A stretch of DNA of 49,442 nt, from positions 220,552 to 269,993 of the forward strand of contig BLSG01000419.1 of the NCBI GenBank assembly GCA_012862495.1, given 5' to 3'. A model generated the notes under the pieces. That model had not been told where the DNA came from, did not search any database, and saw nothing but the letters and a program-made list of their open reading frames with translations. Positions 20,963 to 32,600 of this stretch are shown one piece after another (position 1 is the stretch's first letter; every line of letters starts with the position of its first letter). The DNA comes from Thraustochytrium aureum. Its lineage: Eukaryota. A program made the position numbers and the translations under genes.

Positions 20963-22376
20963 TCACTGGCACACGGCGGCATCGTGCAACTTGCGCCCGA
21001 ACTGGTTCGCTGGGTGGCAGAGCACCGACTCGCAATTGCCATTCTCGAGAAAGCACCGCTTCGAGCCGACCAGAATCGCCAACTCGATCGGGGTCTCGCG
21101 CTTGCTGAATTTGCGGCGCGTGCAGCGCGAGTTCTTGCGCTGCCGGCTGCAAAATTCGCGCTCCNNNNNNNNNNNNNNNNNNNNNNNNNNNNNNNNNNNN
21201 NNNNNNNNNNNNNNNNNNNNNNNNNNNNNNNNNNNNNNNNNNNNNNNNNNNNNNNNNNNNNNNNNNNNNNNNNNNNNNNNNNNNNNNNNNNNNNNNNNNN
21301 NNNNNNNNNNNNNNNNNNNNNNNNNNNNNNNNNNNNNNNNNNNNNNNNNNNNNNNNNNNNNNNNNNNNNNNCGGCACCGCTCCGCGCGCTTGCCTGATCT
21401 ACACGTGCTTGCCTTTGTTGTGTAGCAGAATGCAGCGTCTTCGTTGGTGGGGATCCCTGGCCCTGGGGCTGCCCCGCCGTTCCCGGACCCTGGCACGCTG
21501 CTTGTCGGCGCCGCAGAAGGGATCAGGAGGTCCTGCCGCTCTGGCAGCTTTGCGCCTTGGCCGTGGAGGATCGCCGTGATCCACGAGAGGTACGCTGAGG
21601 TGCGGGCGTAGACGCCAAAGTACCCTGCCTGCGCGCAGCCAGCCCCGTAATTGACGACCCCAATCTGCGTCACCTCGGCAGGTCCTGCCGAGGTGATGTG
21701 GACCAGCGGCCCCCCAGAGTCACCGCTGCACGAGTCCTTGCCACCTTGCTCGTACCCGGCGCACAACTTCCACCTGTTGATATCTCCATAGGCCCTGTTG
21801 CAGGCGCGGGCGCTGGCGACCGGAACGGCAACGCTGCGCAGCCTGTCTTCAACCTTTGCAGCGTCCTGGTGCGTCAAGCCCCAACCCGCGACCGTAGCCA
21901 TTGTGCCTTCAGCCTCGATCTCAGCCGCAGACGAGCGACTGAGGAACACTGGCTTAATCGTGGTCACTGGCTCGTCGAGCTCGAGGATGGCGATGTCGAA
22001 TTCGGTTGCGTCGTATTTGGCGTGCGAGAACACCTGCTTGACTTTGCGGACGAGGCCGTCCTGGGATTTTGGTGAGGTCGTACCGACCAATCACTACCCG
22101 TTCAAAGTCGTGCGCGTCGGTCACGCAGTGTGCTGCAGTCAGCACGAACCGATCGTGGATGAGCGAGCCGCCGCAGTAGTGATGGCCGCCCTTGTACTGG
22201 ATCGATACGATCCACTCAAAGTGGGCGCTCGAGGCTGGTACCAGGTCACCGCCAACGATCCGCGTACTGAGCGCACTGCACGACGCGGATAGCTGGAGCC
22301 CAATGGCCATGGTGAGCACGCAAGCAAGCGTGCTTTGGAGCGTATTTGACAACAGGATTCTTGGCCTCTCGAGCAT
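20963..22376 (-). CDS. Secreted trypsin-like serine protease (S1A) with Cys-rich C-terminal extension; one apparent frameshift and an internal gap
   Basis: STR|IVGG activation site, HYCGGSLI, LTAAHC, DIAILEL, GWG, KDSCSGDSGGP. The frame is restored by deleting one base at T4 22067-22070. The start could alternatively be ATG 22310. Confidence 0.9.
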
Positions 22377-25174
22377 GTTGCACGAGTAGAGCAAATTCGT
22401 CCGCGCTGTTTTCTTTGCCCAATTGCGGGTTTGCCTACCTGCTGCGCCTAGGTTTGGGCAAAGGGCGTCGCTCTATCCATTCAAGTAGAGTATGGTTATG
22501 TGCGACAAGCACGCGTCCGTGTCTCTGTCCTCGTTTAGGGCCCTCGAAAGAGCCCCCAGAGGCTCCTGTGGTGCGGTCCGGTGCAAGTTGCATCCCGATC
22601 CCGTACGATGTCCTCCTTGCCCCGTTAGACTTGTTTGGGGCATGCGATCGGGCCAGCTATCTCTGAGATCGATGCAGACGAGTAGAGTCCATCCCGACAG
22701 GGTCAGACTGCCGCGGGATTTCCACGCACTTGTTGTGTCGCGAACGTTTTAACGGTACCGGAACAAGCCGCGGCGCCCCACTCCCTCTCGTCTTGAGCTT
22801 GGAGATGGACGTGGGGGCCACAAGAACAAGAACGAGCCGCCTGCCAAGAAGCGGCGCTCCCTCTTTCGCGCAAAGCAAGGCCGCCCGTGCCAAGCAAAGA
22901 CGCGGCCGCCCGCTCGCTCACGTTCTGGGACTTGAGATAGCTCCTAGTGACTTCGACGCTGTCCCAGCATGCCCATAAGGAGGAAGGCCCTGCAGCAAGG
23001 TTTGGGTCCAAATGCCTGTCCCTTTCGCATGGACTCCAGCCTCGGCACCCAAGCTCGGCGGCGTTTCGTCGTCCAAGGTGCCCCAGAGAAAACCACAGGC
23101 CATCCCAGCCCCGCCCTGGAGACCAGAAACAAGCTCGATTCTGTTGCTCTCCCTTCGAGCCAACCAACAAGACAACGCAAGGGCGCTCGCAGTGCGAACG
23201 GCCGAGCCGTTTCGGATCCCTGGCCCCGGTTGGGGACTATGGGGGTGTCCCAGGCAACAAAGCTAATTCCGCGACGGCGAGGCAAGCGCGCCGCGGCGAA
23301 CCCGCCAGCGCAGGAACGCTTTGCTCTGCGCGGCGCCCGAGTCCGCGCCTTCGGAACGGGATGACGCCTTGGGCACGAGCATCGGCTTGCCCAACAAATA
23401 CCGGCGGCGACCGTTTCGACCAAGCGGCCACGCCCGCCCACAGAGAATCAGCACACACGCGAACAATCGAACGAGCGTCGCGGGCGGCGGGGCCGCTATC
23501 CCAGGTGAGATGAATCAATCTGCGGAGCTCGGCGGAGCTGTTCTTGCTCGGAGGGCTCCGCGCAGCAGCGCAACGCGAACTATCCGTTGGGGAGGAAAAG
23601 CGCGACGACAGAATCAGCGGACAATCGGGCAATACCAAGGCACTCTCGGTTGATGCTCTTCACGGTACTCTCTCGTTGACGCCATTGGATCGCTTGTGCA
23701 CAGGCCTTCGTGATGTTTCACCGCTTTTCCCAAGCCACCCACGTAGAGGAGCAGGCGCTCGCCCCGCCACACGCAGCCGGAACAGCACCGACGCAGCTGC
23801 TTCGGTTTCGCATCGACGTCTGCTCTTCTCGCTCTCCTCGGTAGCTTCGTCGCAGTGCGCCACCTCTACCAGAGCTGCGATGGTTTCAAGACAGCCTCTC
23901 ACTCGAGCAAGCAAGGCCGTAGCTGCATGTGTTTGACCACCTCGAGGACGACGGCTTTTGCTCTGAAAGGTCTTGGTGAAACCTTTGAGCGACGCGGGCT
24001 GCAGGCTGCACGGGCAGGCTTGAGCTTTGCGAGATCTCCGCCTTGCAGCACGGCCCCGAGTCCTCCGCCGAGACGGCCTTGGTTGCGTTTTTTGTCTGCT
24101 CTTGTAATGCCTCGGCGCGGACGCCATTCTGGAGGCAGACGGAGGTGGCTCTGTCGACGCCGCGGAGGCCAAAAGGTTGCATGCTTGCCGGACTACTAGA
24201 GGCAGTCATTTCGCCCCCAAACGCTCCACGAAAAGCACGCAAAGAGAACAAGTGCGAGTCCCGCGTTCGAATTGAGCGGCTCCTCCTGGCTTGTGCTCGT
24301 GGCTTTCTTTCCTTTGGCGACGCGCGAAGGAGGCTCGCAGTTTTGGTCGAGTTTGAGAGACGTTGACAATCTCGACAACTGGCGATGGTGTAGTTGATGC
24401 CGTCGTTGCAGCGACAGCTCTTGGCCCCTATGGTGAGGAGCATTTCTCGGGCCACCGTTTCCGAAGCCACTAGATGATTGATTGAAGGCGCAGAAAGATG
24501 CTGGAGCGCCGCGGAAAATGTACGGTGCCATCTCATCTACCAGAGCTTTGCTTCCGACTGGCCAGGGACGGCTGCACACGCCAGGCAGCCGGAAACAGCC
24601 GCAGCCTCCGCCTGCTAATGTCCGCCAGACCTGCACCAAGAAACGGGCGCAAGAAAGACAGCTGACAAACGTGCGTTTTGCACGCCGGTCGCAAGCCGTT
24701 TACGTCCGCCCGCGCCCGCGCCATGCACAATGCAAGGTGCCGCGACGCTCCACTAGCCCATGTAGCGTTCGCAACGTTCACTTCTTCACAAACCGTACTC
24801 CAAGCCGCCACCGCCATTTCTCCACGCCGCACCAAGCTGTCTCCTTGTGAACGGCGCGCCCAAAAACGCTACTGACGGTAGCCCATCCCGGACCTGGGAC
24901 CAACGCAAAGGCCTCCTGCCGACAGATAAGCATTGCCTTCCGCCTGACGCCGAGCGCAGGTAAAGCCAGCTTTGAGCGGCGCGGCAACCTGCAATCACCC
25001 TGTTCCGCTTTCGTCCATCGACTGCGGGCCAGCCAAAGCTGCTCGCGTGCGCATTCCAGCGCGCTGCGAGCCCCCCAAACCAAGCAAAACCCAAACATCT
25101 CCGCGCAAGCAATCCGCGCAACACAGGCAACAACACCAAGTCCAGCAGAGACTAGGTCGCCAACAAGCAGCAAG

Positions 25175-26768
25175 ATGATCGCCAAAGTGGCGCTCGCTGC
25201 CCTAACCATGCTGGTCATGGGTGCCAGCCCTGGGCACACTCAAACTCTACGGAGCCCACCTATGGGGGGCCAAATTATCTCCGGCGACGAGACCGAGCTC
25301 GAGCGCCGCCAACTCGACTTTGACACTAGCATCGTCGGTGGCGACGTCGTGAGCGCCATGCCAAACCCTGACCAATACCTGTTCACCGTGTCGCTGCAAA
25401 ACAAGCAGACCAGCGGATACCGCCACTCCTGCGGCGGCAGCCTGATCCACCCGCAGTACGTGCTCACAGCTGGCCACTGCGTCAAGGTCGCCGCACCAGC
25501 CCGCATCGTCGTCGGCGCCATTGATGCCGGCGCCAAGAGCGTCGAGACCCGCACTGTCGCCAAGAACGGCCTGTTCCGCCACCCGCAGTACTCTGGCGTT
25601 CTCAACGATGTCGCTATCCTCAAGCTCAACAAACCGGTCTACGATCAACCCATCATCGCGCTCAGCGACCAAGTCGGGAGTATCTACGAGACGGTGGGCG
25701 AGACTGTCTGGGTCACCGGGTGGGGCTACACGGCGGAGGGAAATGGCAAGGTCGAGGATGTCATGCGCATCGTCGACGTGCCCATTGTGGACAGCAAGAC
25801 GTGCAACGACGTCTACGGGGGCATCGACGATCGCAGGATCTGTGCCGGTTACACAGCTGGTAAGAAGGACTCGTGCAGCGGAGACTCGGGCGGCCCGCTC
25901 TTCCACAAGCAGGACGGGCGAATCGTGCAGGTCGGCATTGTGTCATACGGCCGCGGCTGCGCTCGTCGGGGCTATTTCGGGGTCTACGCTCGCAACTCGG
26001 CGTTCATCGACTGGATCAAGGAGACCCTGTGGGATGACAGCCGCGCCACACTGCAGGAGCTCGGGCCGCTTCCCACTGCCGCCCCGACCACCTCCGCTTT
26101 CGGTGAAGAGGACCGATTCTGCCGCAAGCAGAACAAGAAAAACTGCAACAAGCAAACGGCGCGCTGCCTGTTCGACAGTGCAGCCAAGAAGTGCGTTGCC
26201 AGGCCAAGCACGCCAGTGCCCACCGCTGCGCCAACGCCGGACCTCAAAAAGGGAGGGATCGGTGCGATCGACCCCGTGGAGATCTCGTTTTGCAAGACCC
26301 GAAGCCAAAGAAAGAGTTGCAACAAGCAGAGCAAGCGGTGCATCTGGAACCAGATCGTGGACAGTCTTCCCGTAGCTCCCGGATTTCCACTCAACGCCTG
26401 CGTCCCCATCAAGGCTGTCGCAGCGAACGAGCAACAGCCGACATCCGGCCCGACGTCGGCCCCGACGACGACGCCGACAGTAGCACCCTCTCCGGCCCCG
26501 ACTCAAGCACCCTCTGCGCACCCTACTGCTGAGGGTGAACTGAGCCCCGAGGACGCTAAACTTGTTGCGACTGAGCGCGAATTTTGCAGCAAGCAAAGCA
26601 CCAAACGGTGCGGGGGGCCCCAAGTTTAGCAGGAAATCGCCGCCATTCCCGCAGCTCCGCAACCAAAAGCGGTGCATCCTGGCCAAGAGCGCCTGCGAGT
26701 CTGCGCTTTGCAACCCCCAGAACAAACGCGTTCCTGCAGGCATGGCGGCCTCGTCGGCATGTGCGTGA
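25175..26768 (+). CDS. Secreted trypsin-like serine protease (S1A) with Pro/Thr linkers and three Cys-rich repeats; one apparent frameshift near the end
   Basis: Signal peptide MIAKVALAALTMLVMGASPG, IVGG, HSCGGSLI, LTAGHC, NDVAILKL, KDSCSGDSGGP. Deleting one base at G6C4 26612-26621 extends the frame to TGA 26768 with sequence homologous to the C-terminus of the other trypsin. Confidence 0.92.
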
Positions 26769-26872
26769 GGGATTGGACGAGCTGCAATAGAACTCTACTC
26801 GTCCCCGAGCCCAGGCTCGACTCGCGCTCTAGCCGACGCAACCGCTCACACAGCGCGGCGACAACTAGATAG

Positions 26873-28855
26873 TTATACAATGTCCTCGGCCCGGGCCCCA
26901 CTAGTCAGGGGACAGGGCCGAGGACAACTGAAAATACTGACACTGTGTTCATGTTCACCATCTCTAGCTCCTAGTAGATAGCCAACGCAACGCACCAACC
27001 GAAGCCTATGCGCTCCTTGTTGAGCAGCCTTGCCCGTGCGCACCTTCGACCTCACGGTGCGCAGCGCAAGCAGATTGATGCTTCCGCGAAGTCGTGGTGG
27101 GTGCTCGAAGGCCACTTGCGCAAAAGAGGCTCGCGAGTCCAACACGCGTTTGGTCGCTTCCCAGATTGCCGTCATCTCCGAGTCGCCCGCGCGGTGCCCC
27201 AGCGGGTTTTCAACACCCAGCAAGCGCACTGTGTGGTTTTCCGCAAGGGCGTGAACCAGCGCCAAGCACCCGTCACTCCCGAGCGCGTTAAATCCGACTT
27301 GCAGGGATCGCAGCGAGGTGGACTTGACAAGCGCTGCACTTAGCGCGTGCGCCGTGGCACTTGTCAGCTTGTTGTGGCTCGCATCGACCACACGTAGCGT
27401 CCGCGACTCGCACACAAGCCGCGAAAGCGAGTCCCGCACAGCGTCGTCGACGCCGTTCCAGCTAAGATTGAGCTCTAGAATCGCCGACAGGGTGCAGGAA
27501 GCGAGCGCCTCGCAGAGTACTCCTGCTCCTGGCCCTTTGAGGTTGTTCCAGCCCAAGTTTAGGTGCTGCAAAGTGCTGTTGTAGGCAAGCACATCCGCGA
27601 GTTCGCGCGCCCCCTTCTCCGTGATCTTGTTCTGACTCAAGTCGAGATGGGCGAGCTCGCCACCGCCGCGTCTCGACAGGGACTGGCAAAGTGCGCTCAG
27701 AGCGCGATCCCCAACTTTGGTGTTTGACATTGAAAGGTGGCGCAACGACCGGTTGTGTTCCAGTGCCGCGCAAAGGACCGTCCCGCCAACGTTCGCGATG
27801 GGACAGTCGGAAATGTCGAGGGAAACCAGCTGGCAGTTGGCCTGCAAAGCTTCACCAAGAGCACCCGCGGCCCGCGGGCCCACGCTGCTCCCAGAGAGAC
27901 TGAGAGACTTTATGAAATCGTTCTCGGCCAGTGCAGCCGCAAGAGCCACGCCCCCCTTGTCGCCCACGACGTGCCGGCTGAGCGACACGTGCTCGTGCTG
28001 TAGGCTGTCTACGAGATAGGAAATCGGGTGCGCGCCTTCTTCGTTGCAGGACTCAAGGTAGCGAACCAGTCCGGTGCGCCTGTCACCCGCCTCGCACCCC
28101 AGGTGCACGTCAAGGCTTGAGGCGGAGGAGCATGTGCTCGCCGTTTCCCCATCCCCATTGCTTTGGCGACGACCAGCCGTGCTGCCTTCCTCGGCAGGGC
28201 TCCACGACCCGGAGCTTGAGCTTGAATCCGCGCTGCTGCACTCACTGTCACGCCCGCTGTCAAGCCTGCTGCTGTTGCTGATCGCTAATGCTGCAGGCCG
28301 AGGTGATCGAAACCCCTCGTCTTTTGCTTGCCGCGCCCGCCTCACAATCGCAAGCGCCATGCTGCGCGGCGACTCGCGCTTTTCAGACTCGAGCTTTAGG
28401 AAAGCCAGCGACTTTGGGTTCAGGAGACTCGTGCTGCAGCGCGGCGTCAGAGCGGTACAGAGGCCATGTGGTCCTCGCGTCGCAACTCGGCCGCAAGCGG
28501 ACGTCATGGCCGACCCTGAGACGTCTGGCGAGGGATCCAGGGCGACATCTGGTTCTTGGTTTGTTACGTTTTGGCCGCCTGCTGGAGCTGCGGGGCTCGA
28601 GGAAACGGTCGCGCCACTGGCAGGCGACGGCCCGTATGGGAAGAAAAGCTCTGAGACCAGCCTTCCGTTTGATCTGCTCTCCTGGATGAACTTGTTTACC
28701 GCATCAGGTGCAATCGCAAGCGCAGATCCAATCTTGTCTTGTAGCCATGCTTTTTCTCGGGGCGAATTTGCTTGCACTGCTCCCTTCTTCCCTCTTGGAC
28801 TGACGGCCGTCAGCTTGAGCAATGCCGGAGCACCCTTGGCGTTCCCTTCCTCCAT
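26873..28855 (-). CDS. Ribonuclease-inhibitor-like leucine-rich repeat protein, LRRC74-like
   Basis: 660-aa ORF with about nine 28-aa RI-type LRRs (e.g. LQHLNLGWNNL.GPGA, LDLSQNKITEKGA). They are preceded by YLESC.EEGAHPISY....L......L..H.VG..G..ALA.AL..N, resembling the LRRC74 N-cap. The 3' end may be spliced (possible GTGCGC donor near 27043). Confidence 0.8.
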   Translation of the reverse strand: MEEGNAKGAPALLKLTAVSPRGKKGAVQANSPREKAWLQDKIGSALAIAPDAVNKFIQESRSNGRLVSELFFPYGPSPASGATVSSSPAAPAGGQNVTNQEPDVALDPSPDVSGSAMTSACGRVATRGPHGLCTALTPRCSTSLLNPKSLAFLKLESEKRESPRSMALAIVRRARQAKDEGFRSPRPAALAISNSSRLDSGRDSECSSADSSSSSGSWSPAEEGSTAGRRQSNGDGETASTCSSASSLDVHLGCEAGDRRTGLVRYLESCNEEGAHPISYLVDSLQHEHVSLSRHVVGDKGGVALAAALAENDFIKSLSLSGSSVGPRAAGALGEALQANCQLVSLDISDCPIANVGGTVLCAALEHNRSLRHLSMSNTKVGDRALSALCQSLSRRGGGELAHLDLSQNKITEKGARELADVLAYNSTLQHLNLGWNNLKGPGAGVLCEALASCTLSAILELNLSWNGVDDAVRDSLSRLVCESRTLRVVDASHNKLTSATAHALSAALVKSTSLRSLQVGFNALGSDGCLALVHALAENHTVRLLGVENPLGHRAGDSEMTAIWEATKRVLDSRASFAQVAFEHPPRLRGSINLLALRTVRSKVRTGKAAQQGAHRLRLVRCVGYLLGARDGEHEHSVSIFSCPRPCPLTSGARAEDIV

Positions 28856-29484
28856 ATCCAGCTGGTGGCACCCGCTGGCGCCGCTCGTTGCAGCGGCGCC
28901 TTACGCTGAGCTTCTTGCGCCCAGCAAAGTCCAGTTTCGCGCTTCGCCACGGCCTTGGGCGGTGCGCGTGCCCGCCTGTCTCGGCCAAGCCCGAGCTGGA
29001 CTTTACTGCTCGCGCAGACAACCTGAAGCTTGCGTCTCGAGACTCCGTAGCGCCACTCGGGCGTGCCGACGCGTGCCAGTCTTGCTCCTCAGCCTTCGTC
29101 GAGTCCAGTTTGGCAGCAGGACATCTACAACAGATCGCGGTCAGGGCAACCGCGTTGCCAGCAGCTGTCGAAGCGCCCAACCTAGCGTCTCGGCAGCCTC
29201 GATGCGCACAGCGCTGCCTCTCTGGCGCGCAGAAGCCGCCCACTGTTTCGCTCGTGGTAGGCCGGAGCCGACCTGCACTGGGCGCCGGGCAGGAAGGCAG
29301 GCATGCAGGCCGGCTGCGGCATCGGCGAGGCCTCACGCACCTAACGCCTAGCAAACATCGACGTCGTAACGTAGAAAAAGTGTCCGTTGGGCGCCGTAGT
29401 GCGGGCAAGGTGCAGGAGCACACGGAGCCGGGCAGGCCGCAGTGCCGCAAAGCGAACGCGCGCGGGGGCAGCAGGAGCTGGCGG

Positions 29485-29515
<31 letters not shown>

Positions 29516-29528
29516 AGCGTGCGTGCGC
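29485..29528. repeat. (GCGT)n microsatellite in the divergent intergenic region
   Basis: About 10 copies of GCGT with one interruption. Confidence 0.9.
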
Positions 29529-29630
29529 GGGGAGCTCGCTCGCTGAGGAGCGCTGCGGGCGGCGGGCGGCGCACCCAGAGCGAGGTGACGGTGACGCGGC
29601 TCGCCGAGGCCGCAAGGTGCCGGGTCCGAA

Positions 29631-32600
29631 ATGGTGCGCAAGTGGCAGACGGCGCGCGTGTTCATCTCGTCCACGTTCCGGGATACGCACCTGGAGCGAG
29701 ACGCGCTGACGAGGCTCGTGTTCCCCGAGCTCAGGTCGTTCTGCGAGCAGCGGTTTCTGTAAGTGTCTGGCGGACGGGGCTGCCCGGTTTGCTGCGCGGA
29801 GACGGAGGGCATGACATGCCTGGTCCGCAGAGGACGCTCGCTGACACGGTCGACTCGCGCAAAGGCATATCACCGAGGTCGACCTGCGATGGGGCGTCAC
29901 GAGCGAGGAGTCCGCAGCTGGCAAGGCGCTGAGCTGCTGTTTGCAGGAAATCGAGCGTAGCGACTTTTTCCTGTGCATTATCGGCAGCCGCTACGGCTGG
30001 GTTCCGGACGAGTACGCGGTCGGGGACGAAGAACGATTCGCCTGGGTCAAGGACCAGTCAGGGCTCTCGATCACCGAGTTGGAGATCATGCACGGCGCAC
30101 TCAACCCCGAAGAAACGCGAGCAAGGACCGTCTCGCACGCGCTGTTCTATTTTCGCGACGAGGAGTTCCTCCACGACCTCGAGTCGCAGCCCAAAAAGTT
30201 GTGCGAGTTCACCGACGGCCACACCGAGATGCGCGCCGGCCAACTCGAGTACGTCCCAGACGAAGCGAAGCGGGCCAAGTTGCAGGCCCTCAAAGACCGC
30301 ATTGTCCTGGGATCACAGAGCGACGAAAACGAGGTCAAAATGTCTGTGGTAGAAAACTACTCCTCGCTGTACAACGCAGACGAGAGCCTCTCAGGGATGA
30401 ACGAAACGGTTTTGCGCGAGTTTTGCAGCATGGTGCTCGAGGACCTCAAGCGCGCAATCAATGAAGATACCCGATCGAGGTCATGGAGAAGACGACAAAC
30501 GTGGAGGAGATGGCCGTAGAGCGCGCCTGCCACAACGCCTTCATGGAGTACCGACTGACTTCGATCATCGAACGCCCGGAGATTTCCAACCAGATCAAGG
30601 AATACGCGCTGCGTGACGTCGTCAGCGGCCCACTCCTTGTGGCGGCAGAGTCGGGAATGGGCAAGTCAACGATGGTGTCCAAGGCCGTCGCGGACATCGA
30701 AGCGGAGCTTCTGCGCGAGGCTGGGGCTGCAGAGGCAAGTGCGGCCGCGCTGGCAAGCTCTGCGCTCTCCAACTCGAAACCGGTCGGAACCTCCCGCTTG
30801 GCACAACCCAACGCCGCAAGTGGCAGCAGCTCACAAACCGCTCGGTCTACTCGCGCGATGCTCACGAAGAAGCCGATGGTTTTGCTCAAGTATTTCGCCG
30901 GGGCGTCCCCTGGGTCGCTTCAAATCCACAACGTGTTGCGAATGATGCTGCAAGACCTGCGCAAGGCCCTGAAGAAGCACCGCCCGCGCAAGCCGACAGA
31001 CCACTACTGGAGTCTGATCCGGGCCTCGGTGCGCGTCGGCAACGTGGTGAGCTCGACCCTGGCGGGCAAGCTGGACGACTCGGCACCGAAACCAAAGCAA
31101 AGCTCCGCGCCGCGCCACCTAAAGATCGCAGCAGACGTGCCAAGCAACTACCAGGATCTCGCAGAGGACTTTAAGCGCACCCTAGTCGAGGTGTGCGAGT
31201 TTGCGCGTGTCGTGCTGGTCATCGACAACCTCGACCACGTCGTACGCGACAAGAACCACGCCATGACCCTGCGCTGGCTTCCTCACGAGATGCCGCGCAA
31301 CCTGCGCTTGATTATCGGCGTCGACGAGAACCGCAGCCTGGTCCAGCCACCAGCGATTCGCAAGTTGAGGCAGGAGAAAACGTTTCGGCGACCCACCAGC
31401 CCGATGTCAGACTCTGGCGTGGACTACAGCCGCAAAAACACGCGCGTAGTCCGCCCGTCAAGCAGCGGGGCGCGCAGCGCCTGCCTTGAAGGGCAAAACA
31501 AGCACGCGGCGTGCAGCTTTCCGAACGTGATCGACAAGTTTGAGTCGCGCTCCTTTTTGGAAAGCTTCCAGCTGCATTTTAAAGACCACCTCAAGGTCAA
31601 CGTGCCGGGCCTGTCCAGGGAGCTCGCAGAAAAGCTGATCACGACGAGACTCATCCTGTACGGGAAGCGGCTTTGCCGGCAGCAAATGAACATTTTGCTG
31701 GACAAAGAGGCCTCCAACAACCCCACCTGGGTGGTCATCGCGTGCGAGGAACTGCGCGTGTTTACGCAGTACGAGCGCGTCACAGAGCGCATCTACCAAC
31801 TTGCCAGCGACTTGCCCAGCTTGCTCGAGCAGATGATCAAGCGCCTTGAGCGCGACCACGGGCCCCGCTTCGTGCGCGACACACTGTCCATTCTGGTCTG
31901 CTCGCGCGACGGGCTCTATGAGAGCGAAATCGTCGGAATCCTCGGTGTGCCGCTCAGCGCCTGGTCGCAGCTCTACTATAGCATCAAACCGATTCTGTCG
32001 CACAACACGAGGGCGGGGAACGGGCTGATCTCGTTCTCGCACCGCAACTTTACCCTGGCCATTCTGAAGCGCTACTTTAGCGACGGCACCAAGACTTTCG
32101 AGCAACTCGCCGAGGAACAGGAGCGCGTGCAGCTGCAGCAGCAGTCGCGTTTCGCCATTCCGATCCATGCGCGACTCGCGCAGTATTTTAAGACCGCTGC
32201 ATGTGTCAACGACCGGTGGAACCCAGAGAACGGCAGAGCGCTCACCTGCTTGCCGTACCACCTGCTCTATGGGAAGCACTATCGCACGCTGGAGCGCACC
32301 CTGACGGACCTCCACTTTATCGAAGCGCTACTCGCGGCTGGCTCGGGGTTTTCGTGGATCGACGACCTTTCGTCAGCACTGGCCACGTTTGAGCGGTTTT
32401 TGGCTGTCTTCCAGAACCACGTCCAAAACCCGGGCCTCGGGCTCGACCTGGGGAAATGGCCTCTCGCTCCTCCTTGCCCGGACGAGCTCGCGGCAGCAAA
32501 GCTTCACCACAAGCAGCTTGCGGCCGCCGGCAAGCAAGAGGGCAGGCCGATCGGCCGTCAGATCCTCGACGCGCCCGGTGCCGCCGGGCTCTCTGTGCCA

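Noticed and set aside
22561..22652. tRNA-like start (GGCTCCTGTGGTGCGGTCCGG) and a nested hairpin (CCCGATC/GATCGGG, TGCCCC/GGGGCA)
   Set aside because: There is no T-loop GTTC motif, no cloverleaf and no snRNA/snoRNA box. Short stems are expected by chance at this GC content.
22400..25170. Many 100-200 aa ORFs between the two trypsins
   Set aside because: They are Arg/Ala/Pro-rich, lack motifs and lack consistent codon bias, so I treated the region as intergenic.
29145..29159. GGCAAC-cgc-GTTGCC palindrome as an RFX X-box in the divergent promoter
   Set aside because: The half-sites are in the opposite orientation to a canonical X-box, and it is a single short palindrome.
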